A stretch of 64,000 bases of DNA from an uncultured delta proteobacterium (GTDB lineage Bacteria > Desulfobacterota > Binatia > UBA9968): assembly GCA_963755715.1 (NCBI GenBank), contig CAVWLW010000001.1, forward strand, positions 96,001 through 160,000. Direction: 5' to 3'. Below the pieces are notes generated by a model that was not told where the DNA came from, did not search any database, and saw only the letters and a list, made by a program, of their open reading frames with translations. Both the position numbers and the translations under genes were made by a program. Of the stretch, positions 30,133-40,551 are shown one piece after another (position 1 is the stretch's first letter; each line of letters begins with the position of its first letter).

Positions 30133-31842
30133 TTACCCGGCCCGCGCGCTGGCGTCGGCGTAGGCGTTTTTGACGTATTGGCAGAGCATGCGCTGGGTGT
30201 TGAAATAGGAACCGTTGAAGGCGATGGCGGAGCGCATCACTTGGGCAAAACGGTCAGGCTCTCTGTAATAGAGTGGCAGGATGACATTTTCGAGCTTTGT
30301 GTAAAGCGACAATGCTTCGCTGGCGGTATCGTTCTCGTTCGCGTCACCGATCGACCAACCGGTCACTCCTTCAACATGGCCTTCGACCCACCAACCGTCG
30401 AGCACGCTGAAACTTGGCACACCGTTGAGCGCCGCCTTCATGCCGCTGGTGCCGGAAGCTTCTTGCGGCCTTAGCGGGGTATTGAGCCAAACATCGACAC
30501 CTGAACAGAGCAGCTTGCCCAAGGCCATATCGTAGTTTTCCAAATAAATTACCCGCACGTCGTCAGCCAGGGCCGCCGCTGCTTCGAAGATGTGGCGAAT
30601 GATCGCCTTGCCGCTTTCATCGCGTGGATGGGCTTTGCCGGCGTAGATAAGTTGTATCGGTCCGACTTGTCGGGCGATCTGCTGGATGCGCTCGCGGTCG
30701 GTGAAAATCAAGTCGCCGCGCTTGTATCCCGTGGCGCGACGCGCAAAGCCGAGAGTGAAGACTTTCTCGTCCAGTCGCGTCCCGGTGAGCCAACGAACTT
30801 GCTGGAATAACTCTTTCTTGGCGTTCCCATGTGCTTGGCGAATCTCGGCCAGGGGGATGCCCACCGCATAACGCAGATAACAATTGTCACGACGCCACCC
30901 GGGCGCAAACCGGTCGTACAGAGACGCAAACGGCGCGCTCGTCCAAGTCGTCGCGTGCACGCCGTTTGTGATCGCTTGAATGTTGTGGTTCGGGAACATC
31001 GCGCGCGATATGTCGCGGTGGCGCATGGACACGGCATTGACGAAGCCGGACAGCCGCAGCGCCAGCTCGGTCATATTGAGGAATCCGTTCAGGAGCTGCA
31101 TTTGCGCCAAAGCCGTCGCCCGGCCGTTGCCGAGGATTCGGTAGACCAACTCGGCATTGAAACGATCATGGCCGGCCGGCACCGGCGTATGCGTGGTAAA
31201 AGCGCACCGGTGTCGAACCGTTTCGATCTCCACCTCCGAAAATTCCCGCTCCGGCGAAGATCGCGATTGCTCTTCTAGAAGAGCGAGAGTTGCGAAGGCC
31301 GAGTGACCCTCGTTCATGTGAAACATGCCGATATCGTCGTAGCCGAGCGCGCGCAGCATCGCCACGCCGGCCAATCCCAATATTACTTCTTGGCACAGGC
31401 GGTAGCGTTCATCGCCGCCATAGAGAAAATCCGTCAGACCGCGATCGGCGGCGGTATTCTCCGGCAGATCTGCGTCGAGAAAAAACAGCGGCACCGTGTG
31501 GCCGGTGATGCCCTGAAACAAGTACTTCCAGGCGCCCACGCGCACTTCTCGATTTTCAATTGAAACCGTCACTTTGGTCGGCAGACGCACGAGATATTCT
31601 TCGGGTGTCCACTTGGCCGGACTTTCCAACTGGTTGCCGCGTGAGTCAAGGTGCTGATCGAAGTAACCTTTTCGGTGGATTAGAGAAACGGCGACCATGG
31701 GCAGCTCCAGATCGGCCGCCGAGCGCAACATGTCTCCAGCCAAAACACCTAAGCCGCCGCTGTAAGTTGGAATTTTAGAATCGACGGCGATGTCCATGGA
31801 AAAATAGGCGACGGTCCCGATAGGGGGCGATGCATTCTGCAT
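30133..31842 (-). CDS. glgP: Alpha-glucan (glycogen/starch) phosphorylase, short form
   Basis: YSGGLGVLAGD, HMNEGH, FTTHTP..AGHD, FARR...YKR, EASGTSGMK. Confidence 0.93.
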   Translation of the reverse strand: MQNASPPIGTVAYFSMDIAVDSKIPTYSGGLGVLAGDMLRSAADLELPMVAVSLIHRKGYFDQHLDSRGNQLESPAKWTPEEYLVRLPTKVTVSIENREVRVGAWKYLFQGITGHTVPLFFLDADLPENTAADRGLTDFLYGGDERYRLCQEVILGLAGVAMLRALGYDDIGMFHMNEGHSAFATLALLEEQSRSSPEREFSEVEIETVRHRCAFTTHTPVPAGHDRFNAELVYRILGNGRATALAQMQLLNGFLNMTELALRLSGFVNAVSMRHRDISRAMFPNHNIQAITNGVHATTWTSAPFASLYDRFAPGWRRDNCYLRYAVGIPLAEIRQAHGNAKKELFQQVRWLTGTRLDEKVFTLGFARRATGYKRGDLIFTDRERIQQIARQVGPIQLIYAGKAHPRDESGKAIIRHIFEAAAALADDVRVIYLENYDMALGKLLCSGVDVWLNTPLRPQEASGTSGMKAALNGVPSFSVLDGWWVEGHVEGVTGWSIGDANENDTASEALSLYTKLENVILPLYYREPDRFAQVMRSAIAFNGSYFNTQRMLCQYVKNAYADASARAG

Positions 31843-32002
31843 AACGGCTCTTGTTAGACGAAGTTTAGAATCAAGCGCTTTAGCGGATTACCGAAGAGAT
31901 CGAATGGACGAGCGAGCATTCTGAAGTCGTGCGAATCTTGAGTAGCCATAGCATAACGTCGGCTCCCGGGCAATTAATCGACATAGAGAATTTCACCTTA
32001 TG

Positions 32003-32017
32003 GCAAGGACGATGCCA
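32003..32017 (-). promoter_or_regulatory. Sigma54 (-24/-12) promoter upstream of glgP
   Basis: TGGCATCGTCCTTGC matches TGGCAC-N5-TTGC spacing. Confidence 0.6.
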
Positions 32018-32091
32018 CTTACAAAATCGAAGAATTTGGCAAATTATAGGATTGGTTGGCAGCTCGGCGCGGCGTTGTTGATGCCATTACG

Positions 32092-32806
32092 TTAGCGCAA
32101 GTCAAAAGCGTCACGCAATTCCTCCCAGGTTCGGTGCGCGCTCAGATTGCGCAATACCATCAACGTCGGCGGCATCATAGGAAAATTACCCGCTTGGTGG
32201 CGCTCGAGAGCCCGTTCGGGAGAAATCCAGAGACTTTCCGAGACTTCTTCCACCGCATCGAAGGGGCTCTGATCGGGCGGCAAAGCGGCGAGATAAAAGC
32301 GGGTATCGAAGCGGACGCGATAATGTTCCGGTGTGATCCGGTGAAAGATATAGTGAAGTCGCGCCAAATCACAATAAAGCCGCTCGCGATAAAAGAAAAT
32401 CGGCAAAAGCGATCTCGCCGCGTTGTAAGGCCGCTCGCTCAGCGGCTACTCGATTAAGAAATGTCTGCTGCGGTTGCGCCCCATCCGTTTCGCTCTCAGA
32501 GAGGAAAAAATGAATTCCCACTTCTTCAAATAATTCTCGGACCGCGGCGACCCAGTAGCCTAGACAGAGTTCCGGTCGAAGATCTACGCCAAGTTTTTTT
32601 TGCGCCTCGTCTGGCGTGATGCCGCGGGTTAAGCTAATCATCGCCGTCGACCAGTCGCTGGCTTCAACTCTTCCTCCGGGGAAGACATAGACGCCGGCGT
32701 AGGTATCCATCTGTTCCGGACGACGGTTCAGGTAAATTTCAAACCTGCGCGCGGCGTCCGGTCGCACGAGCACGACGGTCGAGGCGGGAAGCGGAATAGC
32801 CGGCAT
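32092..32806 (-). CDS. NUDIX hydrolase (Nudt19-like), frameshift near 32400
   Basis: VFPGG.V...D, AAVRELFEEVG, RFDTRFY, W.SP..AL, MMPPT. Confidence 0.85.
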
Positions 32807-32890
32807 AAATCAGTTCGCCTTTCTCTTTGGCACACTAAATACGTGACTATTTCGCGCGGCCGCGGTTTTTGCTCTCCATCCAAGCCGCCG

Positions 32891-33673
32891 TCAGTTTCGC
32901 GACGACGGTTTGCCGATGTGAATATGGGCTCCCGTCGCAGCTCCCGGAACCGCGTTTCTAAACGCGATAAATGGAATCCCCGCTTGGCGTAGATAATTAA
33001 GCAACGATCGTCCTTCCGCACTATCCGGATGAAGCGCCACATCCATGGCGTTACGATGATCGAAGTGCAGACGGTCGTGGGTTGGGGTTTGGCCTAAGGC
33101 ACTGATCGGCAGCGGGCGACCGAAGGTTTCGAAATAAAACTTTTCGATTTTTGGTGCGAAGGCGAGGGACCACAACGCGCCGCCATTAAAGCGCAGGAGG
33201 GCGGCAGTCTCGCTGTAGCCGCCCACTGCTAAACCGGGGAGACGAAGAAGTTCGTCGCGCATCGTCGCCTCGGTAATCACCATGTCGGTTTCCGCCAGCC
33301 AACGTTTGTCCTCATTAATGCGTACTATGGCTTGTGCCAAAGCATCCTCGGCCTTGAGAACGTCGTTGCGCGCGATCAGGCCCTGATAGTAGAGCTCTCG
33401 CTGTTGTTCATATCTCTCCAAGGCGCGCTGCCGTTCGGATTCGTGCAGCGTGAGCAGTTTCTCGGCGCCGGCGCGGGTCTCTTTGATTTTTTGAATAACA
33501 TCGCTGCGTGCGCGCGTCAGCTCCGACTCAGTCGGACCAACTTGGCGATTGGTAGAGGGACGAGCCGGCCTATTCTTGAGATTGTCCTGAGCGATTCCCG
33601 CATCGACAAAAAAGGGCAAGGCCATGTGGAGCGTAGCCATGCCGATAAGCGTGAAAAACAAGGATCGCTTCAT
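32891..33673 (-). CDS. Exported coiled-coil protein with C-terminal M15/LAS-like metallopeptidase domain (paralog of 35660..36427)
   Basis: Signal peptide; H..L.FDHR.AMDVALHPDS and HIHIG. Confidence 0.7.
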   Translation of the reverse strand: MKRSLFFTLIGMATLHMALPFFVDAGIAQDNLKNRPARPSTNRQVGPTESELTRARSDVIQKIKETRAGAEKLLTLHESERQRALERYEQQRELYYQGLIARNDVLKAEDALAQAIVRINEDKRWLAETDMVITEATMRDELLRLPGLAVGGYSETAALLRFNGGALWSLAFAPKIEKFYFETFGRPLPISALGQTPTHDRLHFDHRNAMDVALHPDSAEGRSLLNYLRQAGIPFIAFRNAVPGAATGAHIHIGKPSSRN

Positions 33674-33694
33674 TGCTTCTTTAGCACGCCCTTG

Positions 33695-33723
33695 AGTCTA
33701 GGGACTACGCTACCTCGGGTCAA
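33695..33723 (-). promoter_or_regulatory. Sigma70-like promoter
   Basis: TTGACC-17-TAGACT. Confidence 0.6.
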
Positions 33724-33838
33724 CACCACAAATGAGAGGCTGGAAGGATTGATAAGGAAATGGTTGTTACCCAGGTGAGCGCGCGGTACTATCGCGCCTT
33801 GCGGTTGTGAATGCTTTTTGCCCGTTTACCGGAAGTAA

Positions 33839-34624
33839 ATGAAAATTTCTCATCCTCGGGTTTGGCTTGGGTTAGGCTGTATCGCCGGTCTGCTTGGGCT
33901 GGCTGTGCCATCCGCGCAAGCGCAAAATCTGGCTGACACCATCGAAAAAATCAAGCCGTCGATCGTAGCCATCGGGACTTTCCAGAAAACCCGCAGACCA
34001 CCATCGATCTTTCGTGGCACCGGCTTCATTGTCGCGGATGGCCTGCACGTTGTCACCAACGCCCATGTCTTGCAGGAAAAAATAGATACGGAAAAAAAAG
34101 AAACGCTCACGATATTTAGCGGCAAATCCGACAGGATTGAGATACGCGAAGCGACCAAGCTCGTTGAAGACCTCGATCATGACCTCGTGATCCTGAAAAT
34201 TTCCGGCCGACCGCTAACCGCTTTGACAATCGGTGACTCCAGCCGCGTGCGCGAGGGCGAAACCTACGCCTTTACCGGCTTTCCGATCGGAATGGTTTTA
34301 GGTCTGAATGCGGTGACGCACAAAGCCATGATCTCAGCGGTAACGCCGGTCGTAATTCCACAGCTCTCCGGCCAGCAACTGGACAAGAAAGTCTTAATCC
34401 GGCTTACCGCGCCCTATGATGTCTTCCAACTCGACGCCACAGCCTACCCCGGTAACAGTGGCAGCCCGCTTTACCAACTCGACAGCGGACAAGTGGTGGG
34501 CATTATCAACAAAGTGTTCATCCAAGAAACCAAGGAAACCGTCTTGCAAAAACCCAGCGGCATCTCCTACGCAATCCCGATTAATCACTTGCAAGAACTG
34601 CTAAAAAAAATCCGTCCTGAGTAA
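33839..34624 (+). CDS. Exported trypsin-like (S1) serine protease without PDZ
   Basis: GTGF, TNAHV, DHDL, AYPGNSGSP. Confidence 0.88.
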   Translation: MKISHPRVWLGLGCIAGLLGLAVPSAQAQNLADTIEKIKPSIVAIGTFQKTRRPPSIFRGTGFIVADGLHVVTNAHVLQEKIDTEKKETLTIFSGKSDRIEIREATKLVEDLDHDLVILKISGRPLTALTIGDSSRVREGETYAFTGFPIGMVLGLNAVTHKAMISAVTPVVIPQLSGQQLDKKVLIRLTAPYDVFQLDATAYPGNSGSPLYQLDSGQVVGIINKVFIQETKETVLQKPSGISYAIPINHLQELLKKIRPE

Positions 34625-34864
34625 GCGAGCTTTGGCATAGCGATCCGCGTCGAAACATCGGCTAAGCTAACGTCAAAAAATGACGAGCGTCAGGAATCCC
34701 CTCACGCTCAATCATAGGGGACGCAAAGTCTGAGCAAGAACTCGCCGACTTGGCGGAGCACGAAAACGGCGCGGAGCAGCCCGACTAACCGTGAGGTTGT
34801 GGGCTAATGAAACAACGGCAAATTATTAATACGGGTCACACCGGAAGGTTTAGCCGCACCGGTC

Positions 34865-35320
34865 TTAGCGAATCAGCGAGAGCAAAGTCGCGGCGAAGAC
34901 GAATCCGAAAATCGCCAGCCAGATGATCGATTTGGTCGAGGCCAACCCGTCGGGGATGCCGCTTGGCTCATCACGACCTTCTCTCCTCGCCACATCTAAA
35001 AGTGTATCTCGTAAAAGTGTATCTCGAACCATGATCAGTTGCTCCTGTAGTTCCTTTTGTCTCTGTTCGCTCAACCGGCACCATTGAACGCTATCGAACT
35101 GCGCGGCACCGCCAAGCACAGCAGCGCGCACTTTATCTAATTTACTGTCTTCGAGCCGGCTTGACCTGGAGCCCATGAAATCAATGATCGTTTTTCTGAG
35201 CCGTTCAATATCATCAAGAAGAGTTTGTATGACGCTGGGGTCGACGTTGGCCACGTTGTTGTGATCCTTCTCTCGCGCTGTTGAATCAAACTCTCTTCGA
35301 TCAGTAAGACCAAGCTGCAT
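34865..35320 (-). CDS. Hypothetical protein ending in a TM helix, possibly truncated
   Basis: 151-aa ORF; internal 15-bp tandem duplication at 34997-35026 (RDTLL twice). Confidence 0.45.
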   Translation of the reverse strand: MQLGLTDRREFDSTAREKDHNNVANVDPSVIQTLLDDIERLRKTIIDFMGSRSSRLEDSKLDKVRAAVLGGAAQFDSVQWCRLSEQRQKELQEQLIMVRDTLLRDTLLDVARREGRDEPSGIPDGLASTKSIIWLAIFGFVFAATLLSLIR

Positions 35321-35390
35321 AAATTTTTGGACCTTTGCCTTGGCCAGCTAAAAAGATCAGCGACTTTTACTGCGACGTAAGTCGCCTAAC

Positions 35391-35405
35391 GCAACGCAAA
35401 TGCCA
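35391..35405 (-). promoter_or_regulatory. Sigma54 (-24/-12) promoter
   Basis: TGGCATTTGCGTTGC, preceded by AAG exactly as in the glgP site. Confidence 0.55.
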
Positions 35406-35659
35406 CTTGCGCGAGATTGATAAATACTCAATTACATGAAGGTTTACGGATGACGGAGAAAATTTTCGGGGCGCGACGTGACCTCAGCGTTGACAGCACG
35501 CACACGCGATCAGCACAGAATGAATAAGGAAACGTGGGGGTTAGCGCTGTGTAAACACTGGTTCACAGACTAACTACGGAAGTTTACAGGGAAGGATAGC
35601 GTCGCATACCAGGCGAGTGGATCGAAAACCGTAGAATGATGTGGAAGCAGAATTGGATT

Positions 35660-36427
35660 TCAGTCGTGATGGAGTCGTCCCGAAGGTCTGCCGACGTGGA
35701 TGTGCGGACCGGTAGAAGCGCCCGGCACGGAGCTGCGAAAGGCAATAAACGGAACGCCCGATCTACGCAGATAATCCATGAGCGCTTTGCCTTCGGCACT
35801 GTCGGGATGGAGCGCCACGTCCATGGAATCGCGATGATCGAAACCTAAGCGATTGTGCGTCTCTGACTGGCCCAACGCTGTGACAGGCAAGCGCCGGCCG
35901 AAGGTTTGCGTGAAATATCTTTCAAGCCGCGGCGCCTCCCTTAACGACCATTTAAAGCCACCGTTAAAACGGGCCACGTCCTTTGTTTCACTGAAGCCGT
36001 TTACCGGCAGCGCCGGCATGCGCTCCACCTTTTCTCCTAAAACAGCCTCGGTGATCGCGATGTCCGTCTCAAGCACGGAATGGCGCATTTCATGAACTCG
36101 ATTGAGCGCTGCAACAAAAGCTTGCTCCGCTTCTTTGACTTGATCCTGCGAGATTCGGCCCTCCTGATAGAGCTTTCGCCTTTTGATGACTTCCGCCCTT
36201 AACTTGGTTTGTTTCTGTTCGTAATCAACCAAAAGGGCTCGGTCAGTATCGAGGGTCGCTCTCATCTTGGCGATCGCGTCGACGCCACTCATTTCACTCG
36301 ATCCGCGGAGAGTCCAAGACTGATTCCGGGAACCAGTTGTTTTAAGCGCAAATAATCCTATACCGGCAAGCGGTAGGACTATCACAGCGATTTGGAAACT
36401 TCGCGATTTTGCCAGGTCGGAAAACAT
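35660..36427 (-). CDS. Membrane-anchored coiled-coil protein with M15/LAS-like domain (paralog of 32891..33673)
   Basis: TM anchor; HNRLGFDHRDSMDVALHPDS and HIHVG. Confidence 0.7.
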   Translation of the reverse strand: MFSDLAKSRSFQIAVIVLPLAGIGLFALKTTGSRNQSWTLRGSSEMSGVDAIAKMRATLDTDRALLVDYEQKQTKLRAEVIKRRKLYQEGRISQDQVKEAEQAFVAALNRVHEMRHSVLETDIAITEAVLGEKVERMPALPVNGFSETKDVARFNGGFKWSLREAPRLERYFTQTFGRRLPVTALGQSETHNRLGFDHRDSMDVALHPDSAEGKALMDYLRRSGVPFIAFRSSVPGASTGPHIHVGRPSGRLHHD

Positions 36428-36436
36428 GAGCCTGTG

Positions 36437-36465
36437 AGTCTAAGGGCTTATGGCCGGAGCGTCAA
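36437..36465 (-). promoter_or_regulatory. Sigma70-like promoter, near-leaderless
   Basis: TTGACG-17-TAGACT, 9 nt before ATG. Confidence 0.6.
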
Positions 36466-36469
36466 GCCA

Positions 36470-36510
36470 AAACAAAGCCCGTAACGAACCGGGCCGTACG
36501 GGCTTTGTTT
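36470..36510. terminator. Intrinsic terminator after the Mo-oxidoreductase operon
   Basis: AAACAAAGCCCGTA / TACGGGCTTTGTTT 14-bp stem. Confidence 0.7.
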
Positions 36511-36567
36511 GAACATGGAACACGGCGCAGCGCAGCGGTCAGCCGATATTCGCTCCAACGGAATTGG

Positions 36568-37552
36568 CTAAACCGACGCGAGCAGGCCACGCTGAATTAG
36601 GTCTTGCGCCAGCTTCACCTTGTAAATGTTGTCTTTTAGCGGTTTAGCGCCTTCGAGGGCAATCTCGCCGGCCTGTTTCGCCGTTGCTTGATCGAGTCTT
36701 TTTGCCACGCAAAAATTCTTCGGCTTTTGCCGCTCGCCAGGGAATCGGCGCGACGCCGCCCATGACAACGCGCGCTTCGCGCACTGAGCCGCCGCTGTTC
36801 TCGACAATCGTGGCGACGGCAACGATGGCATGGTCCCACGCCAGTCGCTCGCGCACTTTATGATAGAAGCCCTTGCTGCCGGCTTTGGGTGTCGGCACGA
36901 ACAGTTCGGTGACGACCTCGCCGGGGCCGAGGATATTTTCTCGCTTGTAGTCCACCGAAGGCGGCACGAAAAATTTCTCTAACGGAATCGTCTTGTCGCC
37001 GGCCGGTCCGGCGATCTTGATTTGCGCATTGAGAGCCACCAGCGCGGGCGCGGTATCGGATGGATGCACGATGTAGCTCGGCCCGGCGCCGAGGATCGCA
37101 TGAAAACGGCTATCGCCTGTCACCGTGTAGCAAACCTGACCGCCTTTGCGCAGACAGGTGAAATTCGACGAACGAAAATACCAACAGAAGGGCCGCTGAC
37201 AAATGTTGCCGGCGATCGTGCCGGCGTTGCGGATCTGCGGCGACGCCGCTTCGCCCGCCGCGTCGGAAAGTATCAGCAGTTTTTCCCGAATCGCCGGGTG
37301 TTCTTCGATGTCCGCGAGCTTGGCCAGTGCTCCGATGCGAAACCCACCGCGCTCTTCTTTGATATAGTCAAGGCCAGGGATCGTCTTCAAATTAATCAGA
37401 TAATCGGGCTCGACGACGTGATCCTTCATCAACTGCAAATACTCGCTGCCGCCGCCGACCACCGCCGCGGTTTTTTTCTGCTGGTGAAATTTTTGCAGCA
37501 GACCGACCGCTTCTTTGACGCTTTTCACATCGATATTTTCGAAGCTCTTCAT
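36568..37552 (-). CDS. Xanthine dehydrogenase family FAD subunit with 4Fe-4S insert (PaoB/YagS-like); frameshift near 36700
   Basis: ASPQIRNAGTIAGN, CQRPFCWYFR..C...G..C, HPSD. Confidence 0.9.
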
Positions 37553-37569
37553 GACGGCTCCCTTCTCAT

Positions 37570-39787
37570 TTAAACCTGAACCGCGCGGACGATCTTGTCG
37601 GGCGTGATCGGCAGCTCTTTGAACCGTTTGCCGGTGGCGTTGAAAATCGCGTTGGCGATGGTTGCCACGGCCGCCGTGATCGGCGGCTCGCCGACTACTT
37701 TGCCACCAAAGACGCCGTAGGGATCAAAATGCTCGACAAAGATGACTTCGACTTCGGGCGCTTCCAAATGCGTCGGTACCTTGGCGTCACGGTAGTTCGG
37801 ATTGATCGGAATCCCGGTCACCCGATCGATCAATAGCTCTTCGGAAAACGCCATGCCGATACCCTGCACGACGCCGCCTTTGATCTGGCTTTCCGCGGTC
37901 AGGCGATTGAGGATCGTGCCGCTGTCGTGCGCCGCGACGTATCGGGTGATGCGCACATGCCCCGTCCAGGTGTCGACTTCGACCTCGGCGAAGTGGGCTG
38001 AAAAGCATTTACCGTCCATCTCTTTGGGAAAATTCGGATTGGTCGTGGCGCGGCCGATGAGATCGCCGCTGTCTTTTACGATTTGTTCCAGAGGCGTCTT
38101 CTCGGCAGGATCGCTTTTGAGAAAAACCTGACTATCGCGGAGGTCAAGATCTTCGAGTTTGGCTTTTAGCTTTGGCGCGGCTAGGGCAAAAATTTGCTTG
38201 CGCACATCTTCTGCCGCCGCCACGACCGCCGGTCCGGTAAACGCGGTCGTGCGGCTGCCCGACTCACCGACCGAATAAGGCGTCACATCGGTATCACCGT
38301 TAGTGAGCTGAATTTGATTGAGTGGAATCCCCAGCGCTTCCGAAGCGATGATCGCCATCGTCGATTTCGCTCCGGTGCCGATGTCGGTGACGCCGACCAA
38401 AACATGCGCGGTGCCGTCCGGATTGATGCGGATCGTCGCGGCGCCGAGACCCGGGCGAAATGGATAGCCGCCGAGCGCCATGCCAATGCCATGTTTGTTC
38501 GGACCGGCCATGGCGCCGGGCTTGTGCCATTTGTCACTAAAGCCGATTCGCTTCGAGCCTTCGAGGATGCACTGCTCTAAATAGTTCGAAGTGAAGGCAA
38601 GCTTGCCTTTGGATTTTTGCGCGCGGTTGCGCATGAACATATCGAGCGGATTGATGCCCAACTCAAAGGCGATCTGATCGAGAAACGACGCGAAACCGAA
38701 CACCGATTGCGGATAAGCCGGTGCGCGATAGTTGGCGGCCACCACCGTGTTGGTGTGCACCGGCTTGATGACTTTTTTAAAGTTCGGGATGTTGTAGAAA
38801 TCGGTGCCGCTTAAATTGCCGCTCTGCTTTCGGTACGCGCCCATATTGGTTACAGCGTCAAGCGTGACAGCGGTAATCGTGCCGTCGTTTTTAACGCCGG
38901 CTTTGTAGTGCTGCTCCGACGACCAGCGTCCGTGCATGCCGATGAAATCGTCTTCGCGGGTGAATTCGAGCTTGACCGGCTGCGCGGCAGCTTTAGCAAG
39001 CATCGCCGCCATGTAGTCGTAGTCCTGCGCCTGATTCTTGTTGCCGAAGCCGCCGCCCATGTATTTGCACACCACCCGCACTTTGCTCAGCGGCAGACCA
39101 AAATCCTTGGCGATATCCGTGCGCGCGTTGGAAACCCCTTGGGTCGAAGCGTAAACGGTGAGCTTACCCGCGTCCCATTTGGCGATGCTGACGCGCCGCT
39201 CCATCTGCGCGTTGTTGACATGCTTGCTGATGTACGTGTCTTCGAATACCCGGTCAGCTTCCTTAAATCCCTGCTCTACATTTCCCCAGGATTCTTCGAT
39301 CGGCGCGCTGAACGCTCCCTTGCCGACGGAAAGATTGCCGTTGGGCGCGATCTTCGGCGCGTCGGGTTTGAGCGCTTCGTTGGCGTCCAGCACGTAGGGG
39401 ATCTTTTCGTACTTGACGTCGATCAATTTCAAGGCATCTTCGGCGATATGCCGGTCGGTGGCGGCCACCGCCGCCACCGGATCGCCGACATAACGCACCG
39501 GATTGTTGAAAATATAGCGGCTGATGGGTGAGCCCGCCGCTCGACCACGGCACCTGCGCGTTGCCGTGATGAATAATCGCCTTCACGCCCGGGAGTTTAT
39601 CCGCTTTGGAAGTATCGATCCCGATAATCTTTGCATGCGGCACGTTGCTGCGCAGGACACGCGCGTAGAGCATACCAGGAAGCTGAAGATCGCCGGTGTA
39701 CTGCGCTTGCCCGGTCACGCGCTCGTAGGCATCGATGCGCGGAGTCTTCTTGCCGACGACGGAAAATTCTTTTTGTGCTTGTGCCAT
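37570..39787 (-). CDS. Xanthine dehydrogenase family molybdopterin-binding subunit; frameshift near 39520
   Basis: VTGQAQY..D, YMGGGFGNK, YRAP, DIGTG, GSRT, QIKGG..QG.G, GKVVGE. Confidence 0.92.
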
Positions 39788-39798
39788 AACGACCTCCC

Positions 39799-40413
39799 TT
39801 AACTCGCCTTCGCCGCGGCGGCGAGCACGGCGGCGACCTCGCGATTGTAGTTGCCGCAGCGGCAGAGATTGCCGGACAAACCGCGGCGCGCTTGGGCTTC
39901 CGTCGGTTTAGGATTCTTCATCAGCAGCGCCTTGCCGGACATGATCTGTCCGGAAGTGCAAAAGCCGCATTGCGGCCCGTCGTGTTCGATAAATGCTTCC
40001 TGCACCGGATCGAGCTTGTCGCCCTTTACCAGCCCCTCGACGGTGACGATTGCCTTGCCCTGCATCCATACCGCTAATTGGCTGCACGAATACATGTTGC
40101 GGCCGTCGATGATCACCGTGCAAGCGCCGCACTCGCCGCGGTCGCAGCCGATCTTGGTACCCGTGAGTCCCAGCTCGTCGCGCAATACTTCGGCGAGGGT
40201 TTGACGGTGCTCGACTTCGACGCGGTAGCTCTTGCCGTTGACTTTAAGCGCCACCGCGGTCTTGCCGAGCGCCGTGCCCGTGCTTTCGGCGATGTACGCT
40301 TGCGCCGGATCGACTTTCACCAGTCCGGTCGAGACCACCGCCGTACCGATGGCGCCGCCGCCGATACCTTTGAGAAACGAGCGTCGGGAGAATTTCTGCT
40401 TTTCTTTTTCCAT
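39799..40413 (-). CDS. (2Fe-2S) subunit with Tat signal (PaoA/YagT-like)
   Basis: SRRSFLK; GCDRGECGACT; QCGFCT; CRC. Confidence 0.93.
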   Translation of the reverse strand: MEKEKQKFSRRSFLKGIGGGAIGTAVVSTGLVKVDPAQAYIAESTGTALGKTAVALKVNGKSYRVEVEHRQTLAEVLRDELGLTGTKIGCDRGECGACTVIIDGRNMYSCSQLAVWMQGKAIVTVEGLVKGDKLDPVQEAFIEHDGPQCGFCTSGQIMSGKALLMKNPKPTEAQARRGLSGNLCRCGNYNREVAAVLAAAAKAS

Positions 40414-40551
40414 GGCTGGTCACCTCCTGATTGGAAACTAATACATGGCCGGTCGTGACAACTAAGGGGTAATATGGCCAATCACGCCTGTCAATGCCAA
40501 AAACTGTGCCTTGCCGCGCGAAAACAAAATCGCTAGGCTGCGCTCCGAAGC

